DNA from: Pygmaiobacter sp.
GTDB lineage: Bacteria > Bacillota > Clostridia > Oscillospirales > Ruminococcaceae
Direction of reading: 5' to 3'
NCBI GenBank assembly: GCA_028689835.1
Contig: JAQVCK010000001.1
Span: 3,394-67,393 of the forward strand
Length of the DNA: 64,000 nt
In this document: positions 61,171-64,000 of the stretch, piece by piece
Position numbering within the stretch: the first letter of the stretch is position 1
Layout: each line of letters starts with the position of its first letter
Made by a program: the position numbers and the translations under genes
The notes under the pieces: generated by a model
The model's input: the letters and a program-made list of their open reading frames with translations, nothing else
The model's database searches: none
What the model was told of the DNA's origin: nothing

Positions 61171-62724
61171 ATGGACAATGCGGACATTGTTCTACAGCTG
61201 CAAGGCATCAGCAAAAGCTTCCCCGGCGTCAAAGCGCTGGACAACGTGTCGCTTACCGTGAAAAAGGGCACGGTACACGCACTGATGGGCGAAAACGGCG
61301 CGGGCAAAAGCACGCTGATGAAGTGCGCGTTTGGGCTGTACCACCCCGACGAAGGCAGTATTTTTGTCGGCGGGCAGCAGGTACAGCTGCGCGATGCGCG
61401 CGACGCGATGGACAAAGGGGTCGCGATGATTCATCAGGAGCTGCACCCCATTCGCACCCGCAACATCATGGAGAATATCTGGGTGGGCCGGGTGCCGTAC
61501 AAAAAGGTGGGGCCCATCCACTGGGTGGATGAAAAAAAGATGCAGGCCGACACGCAGGCGCTGTTTGACGAGCTGGAAATCCAGCTGGACCCCCGCCGCT
61601 CGATGGGCGAGCTTGCCGCCGCCCATTGCCAGCTGGTGGAGATTGCCCGCGCGGTGTCGTACGGGGCAAAGGTCATTATTATGGACGAGCCCACCTCCTC
61701 GCTGACCGAAAGCGAAGTGGAGCTGCTGTTTCGCATCATCCGCCGCCTGACGTCACAGGGGGTCGCCATTATTTACATCTCGCACAAGATGGACGAAATT
61801 TTGCAGATTTCGAATGAAGTGACCATCATGCGCGATGGCCAGCTGGTGGGTTGCTGGCCTGCTGCCGAGCTGACACAGGACCTGATTGTCGCACGCATGG
61901 TGGGCCGCAAGATGGAAAGCCGCTTCCCGCCGCGCACGCCAAACATCGGCGCGCCATATTTAGAGGTAGAGCACCTCACCAGCGCAAACCCGCACTCGTT
62001 TCAGGATATCAGCTTTACACTGCACAAGGGTGAAATTCTGGGCCTTGGCGGGCTGGTGGGCGCCCAGCGCACCGAGCTGATGGAATCAATTTTTGGGCTG
62101 CGGCCCATTGCGTCCGGCACGGTAAAAATTGGCGGCAAACCCGCTAAAATAACCTGTGCGCAGGACGCCATTCAGCAGGGCATGGCACTGCTGACCGAAG
62201 AGCGGCGTGCCAGCGGCATCATCCCCATGCTGTCGGTGCTGGAAAACACCGTCATCGCAAACCAAACGGCACACACCCGCCAGTACACCGGCGGCAAGCT
62301 GTTTTTAAGTGAAAAAAAGCGCCAGCAGGATACACAACAGTATATTGATTCGCTGTCGATCAAAACGCCAACCACCAAAACGCCCATCCAAAACCTGTCG
62401 GGCGGCAACCAGCAAAAGGTGTTGCTGGGGCGCTGGCTGTTGACCGGCCCGGAAATTTTAATTTTGGATGAGCCGACCCGCGGCATTGACGTGGGGGCCA
62501 AATACGAAATTTATACACTGATGGCGCAGATGGCAGCCGAGGGCAAATGTGTCATCATGATCAGCTCTGAAATGCCGGAGCTGATGGGTATGTCCGACCG
62601 CATCATGGTGATGTGCGAAGGGCACCTGTCCGGTATTCTTGACGGGGCAAATGCCACCGACGAGCGGATCATGATGTTGGCCAGCACCTGGCAAAAGGCG
62701 CCTGAAGGAGGAGCGGTACAATGA
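61171..62724 (+). CDS. mglA: Sugar ABC transporter ATP-binding protein (MglA-like)
   Basis: GENGAGKST, IMDEPTSSL, YISHKMDEI, LSGGNQQKV, LDEPTRGIDVGAK. Confidence 0.9.
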   Translation: MDNADIVLQLQGISKSFPGVKALDNVSLTVKKGTVHALMGENGAGKSTLMKCAFGLYHPDEGSIFVGGQQVQLRDARDAMDKGVAMIHQELHPIRTRNIMENIWVGRVPYKKVGPIHWVDEKKMQADTQALFDELEIQLDPRRSMGELAAAHCQLVEIARAVSYGAKVIIMDEPTSSLTESEVELLFRIIRRLTSQGVAIIYISHKMDEILQISNEVTIMRDGQLVGCWPAAELTQDLIVARMVGRKMESRFPPRTPNIGAPYLEVEHLTSANPHSFQDISFTLHKGEILGLGGLVGAQRTELMESIFGLRPIASGTVKIGGKPAKITCAQDAIQQGMALLTEERRASGIIPMLSVLENTVIANQTAHTRQYTGGKLFLSEKKRQQDTQQYIDSLSIKTPTTKTPIQNLSGGNQQKVLLGRWLLTGPEILILDEPTRGIDVGAKYEIYTLMAQMAAEGKCVIMISSEMPELMGMSDRIMVMCEGHLSGILDGANATDERIMMLASTWQKAPEGGAVQ

Positions 62725-63725
62725 CCACCAAAAAGAAGTTTGACCCCAAACAGTTTATCATTAACAACGCAATTTACCTGATCTTGGTGGCGCTCGTCAT
62801 CATCATCACCGTCATCTCGCCGCGGTTTTTCTCGCTGGATGTCGCGCGCGACATTTTAATGCAAAGCGCCGTGCGCATCGTGGTGGCAATGGGCTGTATG
62901 TTCATCATTGTGTCCGGCTCGGCAGATTTGTCCGGCGGGCGCATGGTGGGCCTCACCGCGCTGGTGTCGGCATCGCTGGCACAGCAGGCGGCGGCCAGCC
63001 TAAAATTCTGGCCCGGCCTGCCGGAGCTGCCCGCCTTTGTGCCGGTGCTGGTGGCCATGCTGGTCGGCGTGGTGCTGGGTGGCTTTAACGGCTGGGTCGT
63101 GGCAAAGCTCAAAGTGCCCGCCTTTTTGGCCACACTGGGCAGCCAGATGATTATCTTCGGCTTTTCCAGCCTGTACTTCAATATGGAGCCCAACCGCTCG
63201 CAGCCGCTGGGTAGCCTGACACAGAGCTTTCGCGACATCGGCTCGGCCAGCTTGTTTGGTGTGCCGTACATCGTGATGATTGCGCTGGTTGTGATGCTGA
63301 TCGTGTGGGTGCTGCAAACCAAAACCTGCCTTGGCAAAGAGATTTTTGCCGTGGGCGGCAATTTAGAGGCCGCGCGGGTGTCGGGCATCAACGTGTTTAA
63401 AATTCAAATGATTACCTACTCGCTGGCCGGCGCACTGTACGGCCTTGCGGGCAGCATGGAGGCCGCGCGCACCGCCAGTGCCACCAGTGCCTACGGCAAC
63501 GCGTACGAGCTGGATGCCATCGCCTCCTGCATCGTGGGCGGTTGCTCCATCGCCGGTGGTGTTGGTACCGTGGGCGGTGTGTTCGCCGGCGTTGTCATCT
63601 TCAACGTCATCAGCTACGGCCTGACCTTTATCGGCATCAGCCCGTACTGGCAAAACGTCGTCAAGGGCCTTATCATCATTGGGGCCGTGGCGCTGGACGT
63701 GCGCAAGTACTCTGCCAAAAAATAA
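62721..63725 (+). CDS. mglC: Sugar ABC transporter permease (MglC-like)
   Basis: ADLSGGRMVG, VPAFLATLG, FAVGGNLEAARVSGI, YELDAIASCIVGG. Confidence 0.88.
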   Translation: MTTKKKFDPKQFIINNAIYLILVALVIIITVISPRFFSLDVARDILMQSAVRIVVAMGCMFIIVSGSADLSGGRMVGLTALVSASLAQQAAASLKFWPGLPELPAFVPVLVAMLVGVVLGGFNGWVVAKLKVPAFLATLGSQMIIFGFSSLYFNMEPNRSQPLGSLTQSFRDIGSASLFGVPYIVMIALVVMLIVWVLQTKTCLGKEIFAVGGNLEAARVSGINVFKIQMITYSLAGALYGLAGSMEAARTASATSAYGNAYELDAIASCIVGGCSIAGGVGTVGGVFAGVVIFNVISYGLTFIGISPYWQNVVKGLIIIGAVALDVRKYSAKK

Positions 63726-63870
63726 CCGGGGCGGTGTTGTCCCCTCTTTTCGCATCCCGCAAAGTGGGGCGGCAGCCGGTACCGGCGCCGCCCCATTTTG
63801 CAAACTGTTTGCAAATGCGACAGGTTTTCAGTAAAATTGAAACAAACTGCAATACAAGGGGGCAACCAGC

Positions 63871-64000
63871 ATGAAACGTGCAGCCGCACTGGGGGTCGTG
63901 CTGCTGGCGCTGTTGCTGTGCACGGGGTGCGGCAGCAACAGCGCGGCAACGCGCAAAACGACGGACACCATGCGCATTTCGGCAATTTTGCCGCACAACG
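63871..64000 (+). CDS. Lipoprotein, probably a sugar-binding/sensor protein (5' part only)
   Basis: MKRAAALGVVLLALLLCTGC lipobox followed by MRISAILPHN; runs off the window edge. Confidence 0.6.
   Translation, partial: MKRAAALGVVLLALLLCTGCGSNSAATRKTTDTMRISAILPHN

Overview
GC-rich Firmicute chromosome segment, probably Oscillospiraceae/Ruminococcaceae-like (inferred from gene order and protein style), spanning the replication origin. Left replichore (minus strand): malQ (cut by the window edge), a GNAT gene, an AraC regulator divergent from a membrane-bound alpha/beta-hydrolase, tRNA-Lys, serS-parB-parA, a 2.8-kb gene-free interval with three perfect parS sites and a cluster of DnaA-box-like repeats, then rsmG-mnmG-mnmE-jag-yidC-yidD-rnpA-rpmH. 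Right replichore: dnaA-oriC-dnaN-yaaA-recF-remB-gyrB-gyrA, an amino-sugar mannose-family PTS cluster whose EIID gene is truncated and fused through a terminator, DUF2975/HTH/DUF4153, an XRE-desulfoferrodoxin fusion, two serine proteases with a two-component system, ychF-mtnN-Thr/Ser dehydratase, a T-box-controlled cstA, argH, an MBL hydrolase/esterase pair and an mglBAC-type sugar ABC operon. I saw no CRISPR array, prophage, integrase or transposase. The most notable signals are the off-origin parS/DnaA-box locus, the T-box upstream of cstA, the broken PTS EIID, a PRD regulator lacking its phospho-acceptor residues, and the XRE-superoxide-reductase-like fusion. All product calls come from motif recognition only; no database search was run.
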